Of a DNA stretch of 64,000 bases, positions 27,744 to 36,881 are shown piece by piece. The notes beneath the pieces are model-generated. The model saw only the letters and a program-made list of their open reading frames with translations. It had not been told where the DNA came from and made no database searches. The stretch spans positions 29,103-93,102 of the forward strand of contig JBGSKO010000116.1 in NCBI GenBank assembly GCA_041741155.1. The letters are read 5' to 3'. The first letter of the stretch is position 1, and the number at the start of each line of letters is the position of its first letter. Origin of the DNA: Saprospiraceae bacterium. Its GTDB lineage: Bacteria > Bacteroidota > Bacteroidia > Chitinophagales > Saprospiraceae. The position numbers were made by a program, and so were the translations under genes.

Positions 27744-28609
27744 GATAATCGAGTTCTTGGCTACAAGGAATGTTTCTGGGGAGTAGTTGTCGTTCTTTAG
27801 GGAACATGCTCAACTTCAGGAGCCTTATTTTATGGAAAAGAACAGCAAATGTATGCCGGTTTAAACCGCATTTTCTTTACATTTATTTTGGCTTTGCATT
27901 GCATTAACATTCAAGAGGCTATTTTTCAAGCAGTTGTAAAAACTGTTTTTTTTGAATAATTTAGTCATTTGAGGCTTTTGACGGTCAATCACTCCTGTCG
28001 TAACCATTTCTTGTTTTTGGGAGCGTATCCTGCATAAGTGCTTGCGATGCTGGATTTTCAGAGCCTTACATTTGCTTTACACACTGTCATTCACCTGACA
28101 AACGCCCATTGTTGCCTTTATATAGCTCGTCATTTCAGGGTGTTGTTTTGACATTCGCTATCTAAAGTGGTACTTTTGTCGAAAGTTAAAAGGGTCTTCC
28201 GTAATAACCCGACATTAGCACTACAATTGAACTGTCTTCAAGGCTACTTCTTTTGCTCCCCCAAGTGCTCTAATCTTTCCCCGTTTCCATTCTCTTCCCC
28301 TCATTTTCAAACAGAACCGTGAAGTTGGCTTGTATTGCTTCTTCCTTTTCTCGTTGATTAGTCTGTTTTCATTCGGTCTTTTATTTGATAGCCGTGATGA
28401 AAAGCATTGATTATTACGACCGGCAGTGATTTGAGGAAAGAGCGTCCTGCGCCAGCCAAAGATCAGCAATATGAGTAATAATTGACATAACACTAAAATC
28501 GGGCCACTTTTTGCTGGTCTTATTTTTTACCAATTACCGGTTAGATTTTTAATCCAAACAGTTACCTCCCGCCATGCTTTACTTTTGAGAAAACAAAAAA
28601 ATCTGGCGT

Positions 28610-30031
28610 ATGCTTAATTTGTACCGCTCACGTGTCCTTTGCTGGGCTTTGGCCCTTCTGCCTGCTGTACTAACGGCCCAATTGACCGTTTTGGTAAATT
28701 CCATACCGGCGAATACGCCGATGGGTACGTCAATATATATTGCCGGGACGTTTAACAACTGGAATCCGGGGGATGTACATGCCGTATTAACCCCTTTGGC
28801 AAATGGCAAATACGCCATCACTCTGAATCCGGCAGTTGGCCCGGTTCGGTTTAAGTTCACCCGGGGCGGCTGGTCCAATGCCGAGGGTAATGCTTCGGGT
28901 GGCTTCCAGCCTGACCATGTGGTAACCTATACGGGACTTCCGCAAACGGTAGAAACGGCCATCCTTTCCTGGGAAGACCTGCAAAATACAAGTCCTGATC
29001 CGGGCAATGGCAGCGTCATCATCTTGAGCAACAACTTCTATATGCCTCAGTTGAACCGGACTCGACGCATCTGGATGTACCTGCCGCCAGACTACCTGAC
29101 CACCTCGAAAAAATACCCCGTCCTCTACATGCAGGATGGCCAAAATCTGTTTGACTCGGCTACCAGCCTCTCCGGCGAATGGGAAATAGACGAAACACTG
29201 GACGAACTTTTTGCGGAAGGAGACCACGGTTGCATTGTGGTGGGTATTGACAACGGCGGGTTGCACCGCATAGATGAATATTCTCCCTGGGCAAACCCGC
29301 TGTATGGCGGCGGCGGCCAAGGTGCTGCGTACATGAGTTTTATTGTAAATACCCTGAAGCCGCACATTGATGCCAACTACCGAACCATGCCTGACCGGGA
29401 ACATACCGGCATCATGGGTAGTAGTATGGGCGCGCTGATTTCGACGTACGGTATCATGGAATACCAGCACGTTTTTTCAAAAGTAGGCGCGTTTTCTCCT
29501 TCGTTTTGGTTTGCCGGCAACAACTCGGCCAACCACATTCTGGGCATGGGCAAGCGCAACAACATCAAAGCATATATTCTTGCAGGCGGACAAGAGCCTG
29601 CTTACGTCCTGCAGGATGTGCAAAAGATAAATACAGCCATGCTTCAGGCCGGTTTCGACAGTTCCGAGATGACCATCAAAATTCCCCAGGATGGCCAGCA
29701 TGCAGAATGGTTCTGGCGCCGCGAATTTGCCGATGCTTATCAGTGGCTTTTCTCCGGATCGGTTACTTCCACAGGATCGGCAGTCTCAGACAACGAACTC
29801 GCCCTTGAGTTGTATCCCAACCCGGCTACCGACTGGATCCGGATATCCGGCATGGAAAACGAGGACAACCTGCAGGTTCAGATCCTTGGCCTGGACGGCT
29901 CGGTGCAGCGCGATGAACAAGTAAAACCCGGAGCAGCCATTCCCGTTTCCAACCTTTCCACAGGCTTTTATGTCGTGCGGGCACGCGCGGCAGGACAGTA
30001 CTGGCGGACCACTAAAATGATCCGGCGATAA
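28610..30031 (+). CDS. secreted esterase-fold alpha/beta hydrolase with N-terminal Ig/CBM-like domain and T9SS sorting domain
   Basis: Signal peptide. GIMGSSMGA provides the GxSxG nucleophile elbow and the layout matches the 'putative esterase' family. C-terminal LELYPNPATDWIRISG...GFYVVRARAAGQYWRTTKMIRR. Confidence 0.85.
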   Translation: MLNLYRSRVLCWALALLPAVLTAQLTVLVNSIPANTPMGTSIYIAGTFNNWNPGDVHAVLTPLANGKYAITLNPAVGPVRFKFTRGGWSNAEGNASGGFQPDHVVTYTGLPQTVETAILSWEDLQNTSPDPGNGSVIILSNNFYMPQLNRTRRIWMYLPPDYLTTSKKYPVLYMQDGQNLFDSATSLSGEWEIDETLDELFAEGDHGCIVVGIDNGGLHRIDEYSPWANPLYGGGGQGAAYMSFIVNTLKPHIDANYRTMPDREHTGIMGSSMGALISTYGIMEYQHVFSKVGAFSPSFWFAGNNSANHILGMGKRNNIKAYILAGGQEPAYVLQDVQKINTAMLQAGFDSSEMTIKIPQDGQHAEWFWRREFADAYQWLFSGSVTSTGSAVSDNELALELYPNPATDWIRISGMENEDNLQVQILGLDGSVQRDEQVKPGAAIPVSNLSTGFYVVRARAAGQYWRTTKMIRR

Positions 30032-30080
30032 ACAAAACTGACCTCTCGGGTTTTGAAAACCAGAAAGGTCAATTTCGATA

Positions 30081-30128
30081 AAAAAACAGGCGTCATCCCC
30101 GCAACTCCGGGATGACGCCTGTTTTTTT
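30081..30128. terminator. bidirectional rho-independent terminator
   Basis: CAGGCGTCATCCC (30087-30099) pairs with GGGATGACGCCTG (30109-30121). An A-run precedes it and a T-run follows. It lies between convergent genes. Confidence 0.75.
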
Positions 30129-30150
30129 ATGCGTTTTTGGCAACTGTAGG

Positions 30151-31299
30151 TTACCCGTTTATACTGAGGATTTTGATTTCGACGCGCTGGTTGCGCTTGC
30201 GCCCCTCCGGTGTCGTATTCGTGTCAACGGGATATTTCTTCCCATAACCTTTATACTGTACCCGTTCGGCAGAAATACCCTTTCCGATGAGCCAATCGGC
30301 CACAGACTTGGCCCGACTGGTAGAGAGCGTTTCGGCAAATTCCGGAGAAGCTCGGTTGTTGGTATGCCCTCCGACCTCCAGCACTACATCCGGGTTTTCT
30401 GCGAGAAAATCGTACACCACCATCAGCGCAGGGACACACTCATTTTTGATGACATATTTGTCTGCATCGAAATAGACATTCTCTAACCGGATCGTACTGC
30501 CGCGTTTCAGTCCTTCCCTACTGATCTTTTCAGCGGCAGCGGAAGGAGCTGGCGCTGGCGCTTTCAAAACAATAGGTGAAGTATCCGGCTTTTTGGTGGT
30601 GGTTGGCGTTGGTGGCTTGTCAGCAATTGGTGGCTCCGGCTCCTTCATGGGCTTCATGTTACAGTCAATCTGCTTGATCGGCGTCGCATTGTCCATCAAT
30701 ATGTTGCCGTTGTAGGGAAACAAGGTCGGTGTTTTGTAGTACGCTTCGATATACAGGAACGGGTATGTTCCTTTTTTGGGATTGAGCCGGAAGGTGTATG
30801 TCAACCAGCGAGTGGTAGTAATCAGCGGTGTTTCATAAAGCAGTTCGCGCTGATCGCAATATCCCATGCCGCCATAAATTCGAATTTTAGCCGGTGAAGC
30901 GTAATTGACCTCATCGCCAGTCGTACGGCTCAGGCTCAGGTAGAGTTCGGCACGGCACAAATCCAGCGAAAACTCGTAGCACTCATTGATTTCGAGCGGA
31001 CGGGGCAGCCGCTGTCCAATTGCCTCCCAGGTATCATTGTCCCGGACCACCAAACCCACGTATGTATCGCCATTGCTTGGAGCCTTGGTCACTTGAAAAA
31101 AGCCCGGTTGTATATCCGGTGGGCTTTCTTCAGATTTCCCGCAGTTATACCAACCAGACGGCGCTTCGCAGCATTTTGGAATCCCCTCAAACGAAGGGTT
31201 GGCAAAAGGAATCGGGGCATCCTTCTGCTGTGCGGAAAGGGAAAGTGGAATGGCCAACGCCACACCCACGATCCAGTACAGTTTGCTCATAATAGACAT
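30151..31299 (-). CDS. OmpA-family protein (C-terminal peptidoglycan-binding OmpA-like domain)
   Basis: The start is taken at MSIMSKLYWIVGVALAIPLSLSAQ (signal peptide). The C-terminal GHTNNRASPEFAETLSTSRAKSVADWL...RKRNQRVEIKI is an OmpA_C-like domain. Confidence 0.85.
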   Translation of the reverse strand: MSIMSKLYWIVGVALAIPLSLSAQQKDAPIPFANPSFEGIPKCCEAPSGWYNCGKSEESPPDIQPGFFQVTKAPSNGDTYVGLVVRDNDTWEAIGQRLPRPLEINECYEFSLDLCRAELYLSLSRTTGDEVNYASPAKIRIYGGMGYCDQRELLYETPLITTTRWLTYTFRLNPKKGTYPFLYIEAYYKTPTLFPYNGNILMDNATPIKQIDCNMKPMKEPEPPIADKPPTPTTTKKPDTSPIVLKAPAPAPSAAAEKISREGLKRGSTIRLENVYFDADKYVIKNECVPALMVVYDFLAENPDVVLEVGGHTNNRASPEFAETLSTSRAKSVADWLIGKGISAERVQYKGYGKKYPVDTNTTPEGRKRNQRVEIKILSING

Positions 31300-31491
31300 A
31301 GTCTGCTGCTGTTTTTTTGAAAATAAAGGCGCCATTAACCCACAAAACCATGCCGAAATGGCCGAATCATCAACCATAACGAACAACCAAATATTTATGG
31401 ATGCTGCGCAACACCTCAATAAACGCCCTGTATCCCCTTTTATGTCCTCATTTTCGATGAAAAACAGGCGTATCAGATCAAAGGGAATGTT

Positions 31492-31640
31492 GGAGGGTTA
31501 GAAGGTTTCTGGTTAGAAGGTTAGAAGGTTTCTGGTTGGAAGGTTTCTGGTTAAAGGTTAGAGGGTCCCTGGTTGGAGTAACCAGAAACCCTCTAACCAG
31601 AAACCTTCTAACCTTCCAACCCTCCTAACCAGAAACCCTG
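31492..31640. repeat. word-array inverted repeat (GGTTAGAAGG / GGTTTCTGGTT words and their complements)
   Basis: The left half consists of degenerate tandem words and the right half holds their reverse complements. The apex hairpin is CTGGTT-GGAGT-AACCAG (31569-31585). GGTTAGAGGGT (31556-31566) pairs with ACCCTCTAACC (31588-98). The array ends 5 nt from the gcdH stop. Confidence 0.7.
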
Positions 31641-31644
31641 AAAA

Positions 31645-32865
31645 CTATTTGTATGCCTCCAGGCCGGTTACGTCGTGGCCGGTAATGAGGAGGTGAATAT
31701 CGTGTGTGCCTTCGTAGGTGAGCACCGTTTCGAGGTTCATCAAATGGCGCATGACGGGATACTCATTGGTGATACCCATGCCGCCGTGTATTTGCCGGGC
31801 TTCGCGCGCGATTTCAAGCGCCATGTGGACGTTGTTCCGTTTAGCCATGGATACCTGGGCGGAAGTCATCGTGCCTGCGTTGGCCAGCGTGCCAAGGCGC
31901 CAGGTAAGTAATTGGGCTTTGGTGATCTCGGTGATCATTTCGGCCAGTTTTTTCTGTGTGAGCTGGAAAGCGCCAATGGGCTTGCCAAACTGAATGCGCT
32001 CTTTGGAATAGCGCAGGGCGGAGTCGTAACAATCCAGCGCTGCACCAATGGCGCCCCAAGCGATACCGTATCGAGCCTTCGTAAGGCAGGTCAGCGGGCC
32101 GCGCATACCCACCACACCAGGCAGGACATTGGCCTTCGGGACACGTACGTCCTCAAACACCAGTTCTCCGGTGATACTGGCGCGAAGTGACCATTTGCCG
32201 TGAATTTCCGGCGCTGAAAAGCCTTTCATTCCTTTTTCCACGATCATGCCCAGCACTTTACCATCTTCGCGTTTGGCCCAAACCACGGCAATATCGGCTA
32301 CGGGAGAATTCGTGATCCACATTTTGGCGCCGTTGAGGATGTAGGCATCGCCGTCGTCCTTCACATTGGTCACCATACCGCTGGGATTGGAGCCGTGGTC
32401 AGGTTCGGTGAGACCAAAACAGCCAATCAGTTCGCCTGCGGCGAGTTTGGGCAGGTAGCGGCGGCGATGCTCCTCCGAGCCGAATTTGTAAATAGGGTAC
32501 ATCACCAGGGATCACTGCACGGAGGCCATGGAGCGCACCCCGGAGTCGCCGCGTTCAAGTTCCTGCATGATGATACCATAAGCAATCTCGTCCATGCCGC
32601 CACAGCCGTATTCGGCAGGCAAAGATGGACCAAATGCACCTATTTCGGCCAAACCCTTGAACAGATGCGTAGGGCATTCAGCGCGGTTGGAGTAGTCTTC
32701 GATGATGGGGCTTACCTCTGCTTTTACCCATTCCCGAACGGCATCGCGGGCGAGCAAGTGCTCGGGAGCGAGCAGTTCATCCATGCCATAATAATCATGG
32801 TGTTGGTAGCGGTCTTCACGGGCAGTGCGGGGCTTGTGGGCAGTATCAGAACCGTTGGATTGCAT
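31645..32865 (-). pseudogene. gcdH: glutaryl-CoA dehydrogenase (acyl-CoA dehydrogenase family) interrupted by a single in-frame TGA
   Basis: Track ORFs 32512..32865 and 31645..32505 share one frame. The joined sequence reads ...[53 protein letters not shown]. Intact homologues, as I remember them (e.g. human GCDH), read SVQSSLVM at this position. Total length is 407 codons. Confidence 0.85.
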
Positions 32866-32990
32866 ATTCTGTCAAATATTTGGTTAAGTAAAATTACTGT
32901 TACGTCTTGGGCGGCAAAGGTACGGTGTTCCGGTGGCTCGCCACGCCCGACCGCCACCTCTACAACTCAAAATTCTAAACTCAAAACAGC

Positions 32991-33326
32991 CTACCATTCC
33001 CACCCCTCCATATCTTCCAGGGGTTTTGTTTTTATGGTGCGCTTCGTTTCGATGCGTTGTTTTTGGCGCTCCAGCACGAGCCGTGCGAGGCCCCAATTGG
33101 CTGGTTCCGGCGCATCGGGCTGCATGACTGGATGTATTTTCTTTTCCAGTACATCAAGCCGGTAGAGGAGGCTCATCAGATATTCCGGCTGTTTTTCCAG
33201 CATGTCGGCGATTCGGTCTGCCATCAGAGCGAGCAGTTCTTCCTCGTTGGCGGGTGGCAGCGTGTGCTCCAGTTCGAACGGCTCGCGGACAAGCGCAGTT
33301 GTTTGTTGTAAAAGATCGTCCGACAT
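32991..33326 (-). CDS. hypothetical protein
   Basis: The start is taken at MSDDLLQQTT (M47 of the track ORF), giving a 111-aa acidic helical protein. No motif recognised. Confidence 0.5.
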   Translation of the reverse strand: MSDDLLQQTTALVREPFELEHTLPPANEEELLALMADRIADMLEKQPEYLMSLLYRLDVLEKKIHPVMQPDAPEPANWGLARLVLERQKQRIETKRTIKTKPLEDMEGWEW

Positions 33327-33469
33327 GCTGATTGCGGGTTTTATGTTTTGAGTTGTAACCGATACTGCCCGTGGGCCACAGGTTGCTATCCAAATTTGTT
33401 TTTTCGTTTTGCCTACCTTCGCCACCCGAAAATCATCAACAGACACGTCCACCGTACTACCCACCCGAT

Positions 33470-33631
33470 ATGTTCCGACGACACAACCACAAACCGTTCC
33501 CCGTGCGCAACATCATCGCCCTTTTAGCTATCGCGTTGATCGTATTGTTGTTCATCGCGCAGCAGCTAAAAAAAGCGGAAACCAAAGCTACGGAACCCCC
33601 GCCGCCGATTATCATTGAGGGATCGAAATGA
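33470..33631 (+). CDS. possible small single-pass membrane protein
   Basis: 53-aa ORF MFRRHNHKPFPVRNIIALLAIALIVLLFIAQQLKK... with one clear hydrophobic helix. No other support. Confidence 0.3.
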   Translation: MFRRHNHKPFPVRNIIALLAIALIVLLFIAQQLKKAETKATEPPPPIIIEGSK

Positions 33632-33644
33632 ATATGTCCGAAAC

Positions 33645-35468
33645 TCACTGCACTTTGTCTCCTCTCAATATCCGGAAACGCTTGCGTGCTTCCACGGCAA
33701 ATACGGAGCCGGAGTAGTCCACAAAAATTTTCTCGTAAAGCTCCTTGGCCTTTTCGGCATTGTTGAGCCTTTCCTCGTTCAACATGGCCAGAGCATACAG
33801 GGAATTGTCGGCGCGAATATCTTCCGGAAATTTTTCCGCTACCTGCTGGTACAGTTCGGCAGCCTTGACGTAGTCGCGCTTTTTTTCGAAAATCTGCGCC
33901 TGAAGGTAGCCAATATCGTCCTGGAGACTGTTTTCCGGGTATGCAGCGCGCAGGCTGTCTAACCGGTCAAAGGCTTCCTGGAGCCGGTTTTGGAACATCA
34001 GCAGTTCGGCCTCGGCGTACAGCGCCATCGCATCAGTGGTGGTATCGGTATTCAGATTGTCCATGATAAACACCGACAAGTCGAGTGCATCGTTGGAAAT
34101 GAGTTTGGACGTAGAAGCTTTCAGCACGTTGAATTGCGCCTGTGCCCATTCGAAATCGCCGTTGAAATACGACAGTTTGGCATTTTTGTACCGCGCTTCC
34201 TGCCCCAGCATTTCCTCCCGAAACTCCTTGTCCACCTGGCTGTACAGCAGGGTACTTTCCCAGATTTCACCGCTCATGAGGTAAAAATCGGCGAGGTTTA
34301 TTTTGGCGCGAGCAATGACGCTGCGGTTGAGGCCAGGGGTATTGACGAGCTCGTTGAGCAAACGGACCGCCTTCTCCAGGTCGTTGATGTAAAACGCCTC
34401 CAGGTCGGCCAGTTGAATCACGATGTGGGCAGTATTGCGGCCCCGTTCATACTGGGCGAGAAAACTCTCGTACTCGGATTCAAGGATGCGTAAATCTTCA
34501 ATCGTATAGTCAAACCCTTCTGTGATTTTGCGGCGACGGCAATTCATCGCTTCGCGTTTGGCATCAAAAAAGAACGGATTTTGTGGGCCTTTCTCCTGAA
34601 TAATATACTCGTATCCGGCAATAGCAGTGTCGAAGTCCCGGGCATTGGTGGCATCGTTGGCCAATTTGAAAATACGCTGCCCGGGCTCGCCGAGGCGCTT
34701 GTCGAGTGCTTTGTACTGGCGCAGGGCATTTTTATAGTCTTTGCGCTGCACAAAAGACCATGCCAGTAGTTCGATATAATCCGGATTGTCTTTTTCCTGC
34801 AAACGGGTGTAGAGTTGGGCTTGCAACTCGGGGTACTCCGATTCGGCTAAGTAACGGGCCAGTTGGGTCTGGATGGTCACCAAACGCCCCGGCTCGGCAT
34901 CGAGGCTACTGAGGTAGTACTCGACCATTTTGGGGGTATTGCCTTTGCGGCGGTACAGTTCGGCGAGGTTGTAGGCGAAGCGCTTGGGGTCTTTGGATAG
35001 CGCCCCGCCGCGCTCGAAGGTTTTTATGGCAAAGTCGTACTTGGCGGTAGTGATAAAGGAATTAGCCAGCGTATTTACGGCCGCATAGTCGGCCGACATC
35101 TTGGATATTGCCAGTTCGTACTGCACGGTAGCCTCCTCGGTCTTGCCGAGGCGGTCGTACAGGTTGCCGTAAAACACATACAATTTGGTGTTTTCGGGCG
35201 ACTTTTTGAGTTGTTTTTTCAGCGACTTCTCAGCTTCGTCGTATTGGTCGAGATTGAGCAGGCAGGTCAGGTAACGCTCGAAATAATAGTCCGCCAAGCC
35301 GCGGTCGTTCTCCATCAACTGGGCATACAGTTCGCCCGCCTTTTCATACTCGCCATTCAGGAAGTACTGATTGGCGAGGTTGGGGTTGGGAACTTGCGCG
35401 TGCATCTCGGTGCAAAAACCAAGTACAGCGATCAACAAGGCGGCAATTCGCAGCATACTAATGTTCAT
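33645..35468 (-). CDS. secreted tetratricopeptide-repeat protein
   Basis: Signal peptide MNISMLRIAALLIAVLGFCTEMHAQ. TPR-like Y/A/L-rich 34-aa repeats run throughout the 607 aa. Confidence 0.8.
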   Translation of the reverse strand: MNISMLRIAALLIAVLGFCTEMHAQVPNPNLANQYFLNGEYEKAGELYAQLMENDRGLADYYFERYLTCLLNLDQYDEAEKSLKKQLKKSPENTKLYVFYGNLYDRLGKTEEATVQYELAISKMSADYAAVNTLANSFITTAKYDFAIKTFERGGALSKDPKRFAYNLAELYRRKGNTPKMVEYYLSSLDAEPGRLVTIQTQLARYLAESEYPELQAQLYTRLQEKDNPDYIELLAWSFVQRKDYKNALRQYKALDKRLGEPGQRIFKLANDATNARDFDTAIAGYEYIIQEKGPQNPFFFDAKREAMNCRRRKITEGFDYTIEDLRILESEYESFLAQYERGRNTAHIVIQLADLEAFYINDLEKAVRLLNELVNTPGLNRSVIARAKINLADFYLMSGEIWESTLLYSQVDKEFREEMLGQEARYKNAKLSYFNGDFEWAQAQFNVLKASTSKLISNDALDLSVFIMDNLNTDTTTDAMALYAEAELLMFQNRLQEAFDRLDSLRAAYPENSLQDDIGYLQAQIFEKKRDYVKAAELYQQVAEKFPEDIRADNSLYALAMLNEERLNNAEKAKELYEKIFVDYSGSVFAVEARKRFRILRGDKVQ

Positions 35469-35717
35469 GTGTTTAAATATTTGGCCTAAAAAAAGCGGCT
35501 ACAAAGGTAGGGAAATATGCCGTTGGCGGTTGGCCGACGACAATTGGCTCGGGGGATTACTGAAATTTTAAAAACGACCTATAAACGCAACGGGGCATGG
35601 TTGTGTTTTGGATACTGCCGGCGGCGGCAAATACCGCTCACCCCCCGATTCCAAAAACCTCGTACGTTTGTCGCTCCAATCAGAAACCATCTAACCCAAA
35701 ACCCTCCTGCAGCTCTT

Positions 35718-36464
35718 ATGCGCCGGAAACAAGAAAAATATAAGGCCGGCATTACGGTCAGTGGACAAGAATTGCCTGTGGATGTTGTCTTCGAACATCG
35801 CCGGGGGCATCGGTTTTCCATTACGCGCAAACGCATTATCATGCGTTTGCCCCTGGGCTTGAACCCTTCGGAAGTGCAAGCGCGACTTCTCGAACTTCAG
35901 GAATGGGTCGGCAAGGTGACCGCCCAAAAAACCGCCCTGCTCACGCCGTTTACCCCAAAGGAATACCGCACGGGCGACGTGTTGACGGTGGGTACACGGC
36001 AGTATATCCTGGACATTGCAGAGGAAGACCGCGGCTCGCACACCGGCAAATTAGTCGGCAACACCATCGCGCTGCAACTCAGTAACCGCGCCACCCCGGC
36101 CAATCGAATAAAAGCCATCAAAACCCTGCTCTCACGCATTGTAGCCGCCGATTTTCAAAGTGAAATCGAGCAACGTGTACACTTCTGGAACCGCCATGCT
36201 TTCGAAAAGCCCATCAAAGGCATTTTTTTGAAATACAACCATTCCAACTGGGGCAGCTGCTCCCACAACGGAAATATAAACCTGTCTACCCGACTGCTAT
36301 TCGCCCCGCAAGACGTGCAAGACTATGTGATCCTGCACGAACTGGCCCACCTCGTGGAACACAACCACTCCGACCGTTTCTGGGCGCTCGTGGAACGCCA
36401 TATCCCCGACTACACGGAAAAAGAGAAGTGGCTCAAACAACACGGGGGAACCTGTGATTTTTAA
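35718..36464 (+). CDS. YgjP-like (DUF45/M48-type) metal-dependent hydrolase
   Basis: The start is taken at MRRKQEKY. The C-terminal VILHELAHLVEHNHSDRFW is the DUF45 HExxH block. Confidence 0.85.
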   Translation: MRRKQEKYKAGITVSGQELPVDVVFEHRRGHRFSITRKRIIMRLPLGLNPSEVQARLLELQEWVGKVTAQKTALLTPFTPKEYRTGDVLTVGTRQYILDIAEEDRGSHTGKLVGNTIALQLSNRATPANRIKAIKTLLSRIVAADFQSEIEQRVHFWNRHAFEKPIKGIFLKYNHSNWGSCSHNGNINLSTRLLFAPQDVQDYVILHELAHLVEHNHSDRFWALVERHIPDYTEKEKWLKQHGGTCDF

Positions 36465-36470
36465 AAAAAC

Positions 36471-36878
36471 ATGAAACCGGACATCGCTTTCCGCGCCGAC
36501 ATCGAGCGCTTGATCAATACCTTCTACGACAAGGTGAAGGCCGACCCCGTCATCGGCTATATTTTCAACGACATCGCCCACGTGGATTGGCCCAAACACC
36601 TGCCTGTCATGTACGACTTCTGGGAATTTCTGCTGCTCGGAGGCACCCGGTACCAGGGCAATCCCATCCAGAAGCACTTCGACCTGCACGCCACACATCC
36701 GCTGACGGCCGAGCACTTCGACCGCTGGCTGCTACTGTTCCAGTCCTCGGTGGATGAGTTGTTCGCCGGCACTGTGGCCGAGGATGCCAAGTTTCGGGCG
36801 TTCGCTATTTCAGAGACCTGGAAACCAAAATTTACGGGCGGGCACGGGGTTGGGTTGCCCAGGCAGGAAACGCCCTGA
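36471..36878 (+). CDS. group III truncated haemoglobin
   Basis: 135 aa with the FYDKVKADPVIGYIF...MYDFWEFLLLGGTRYQGNPIQKHFDLH pattern of group III 2/2 globins. Confidence 0.8.
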   Translation: MKPDIAFRADIERLINTFYDKVKADPVIGYIFNDIAHVDWPKHLPVMYDFWEFLLLGGTRYQGNPIQKHFDLHATHPLTAEHFDRWLLLFQSSVDELFAGTVAEDAKFRAFAISETWKPKFTGGHGVGLPRQETP

Positions 36879-36881
36879 ACG

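Noticed and set aside
28431-28460. GAGGAAAG... resembling the conserved P4 strand of RNase P RNA.
   Set aside because: Only the 8-mer matches. None of the other universally conserved RNase P blocks is present nearby, and the region is AT-rich and poorly structured.
32512-32514. TGA in gcdH as selenocysteine or a reassigned codon.
   Set aside because: The aligned position is a non-catalytic Ser in the homologues I remember. I saw no SECIS-like hairpin immediately downstream. TGA terminates other genes in this window.
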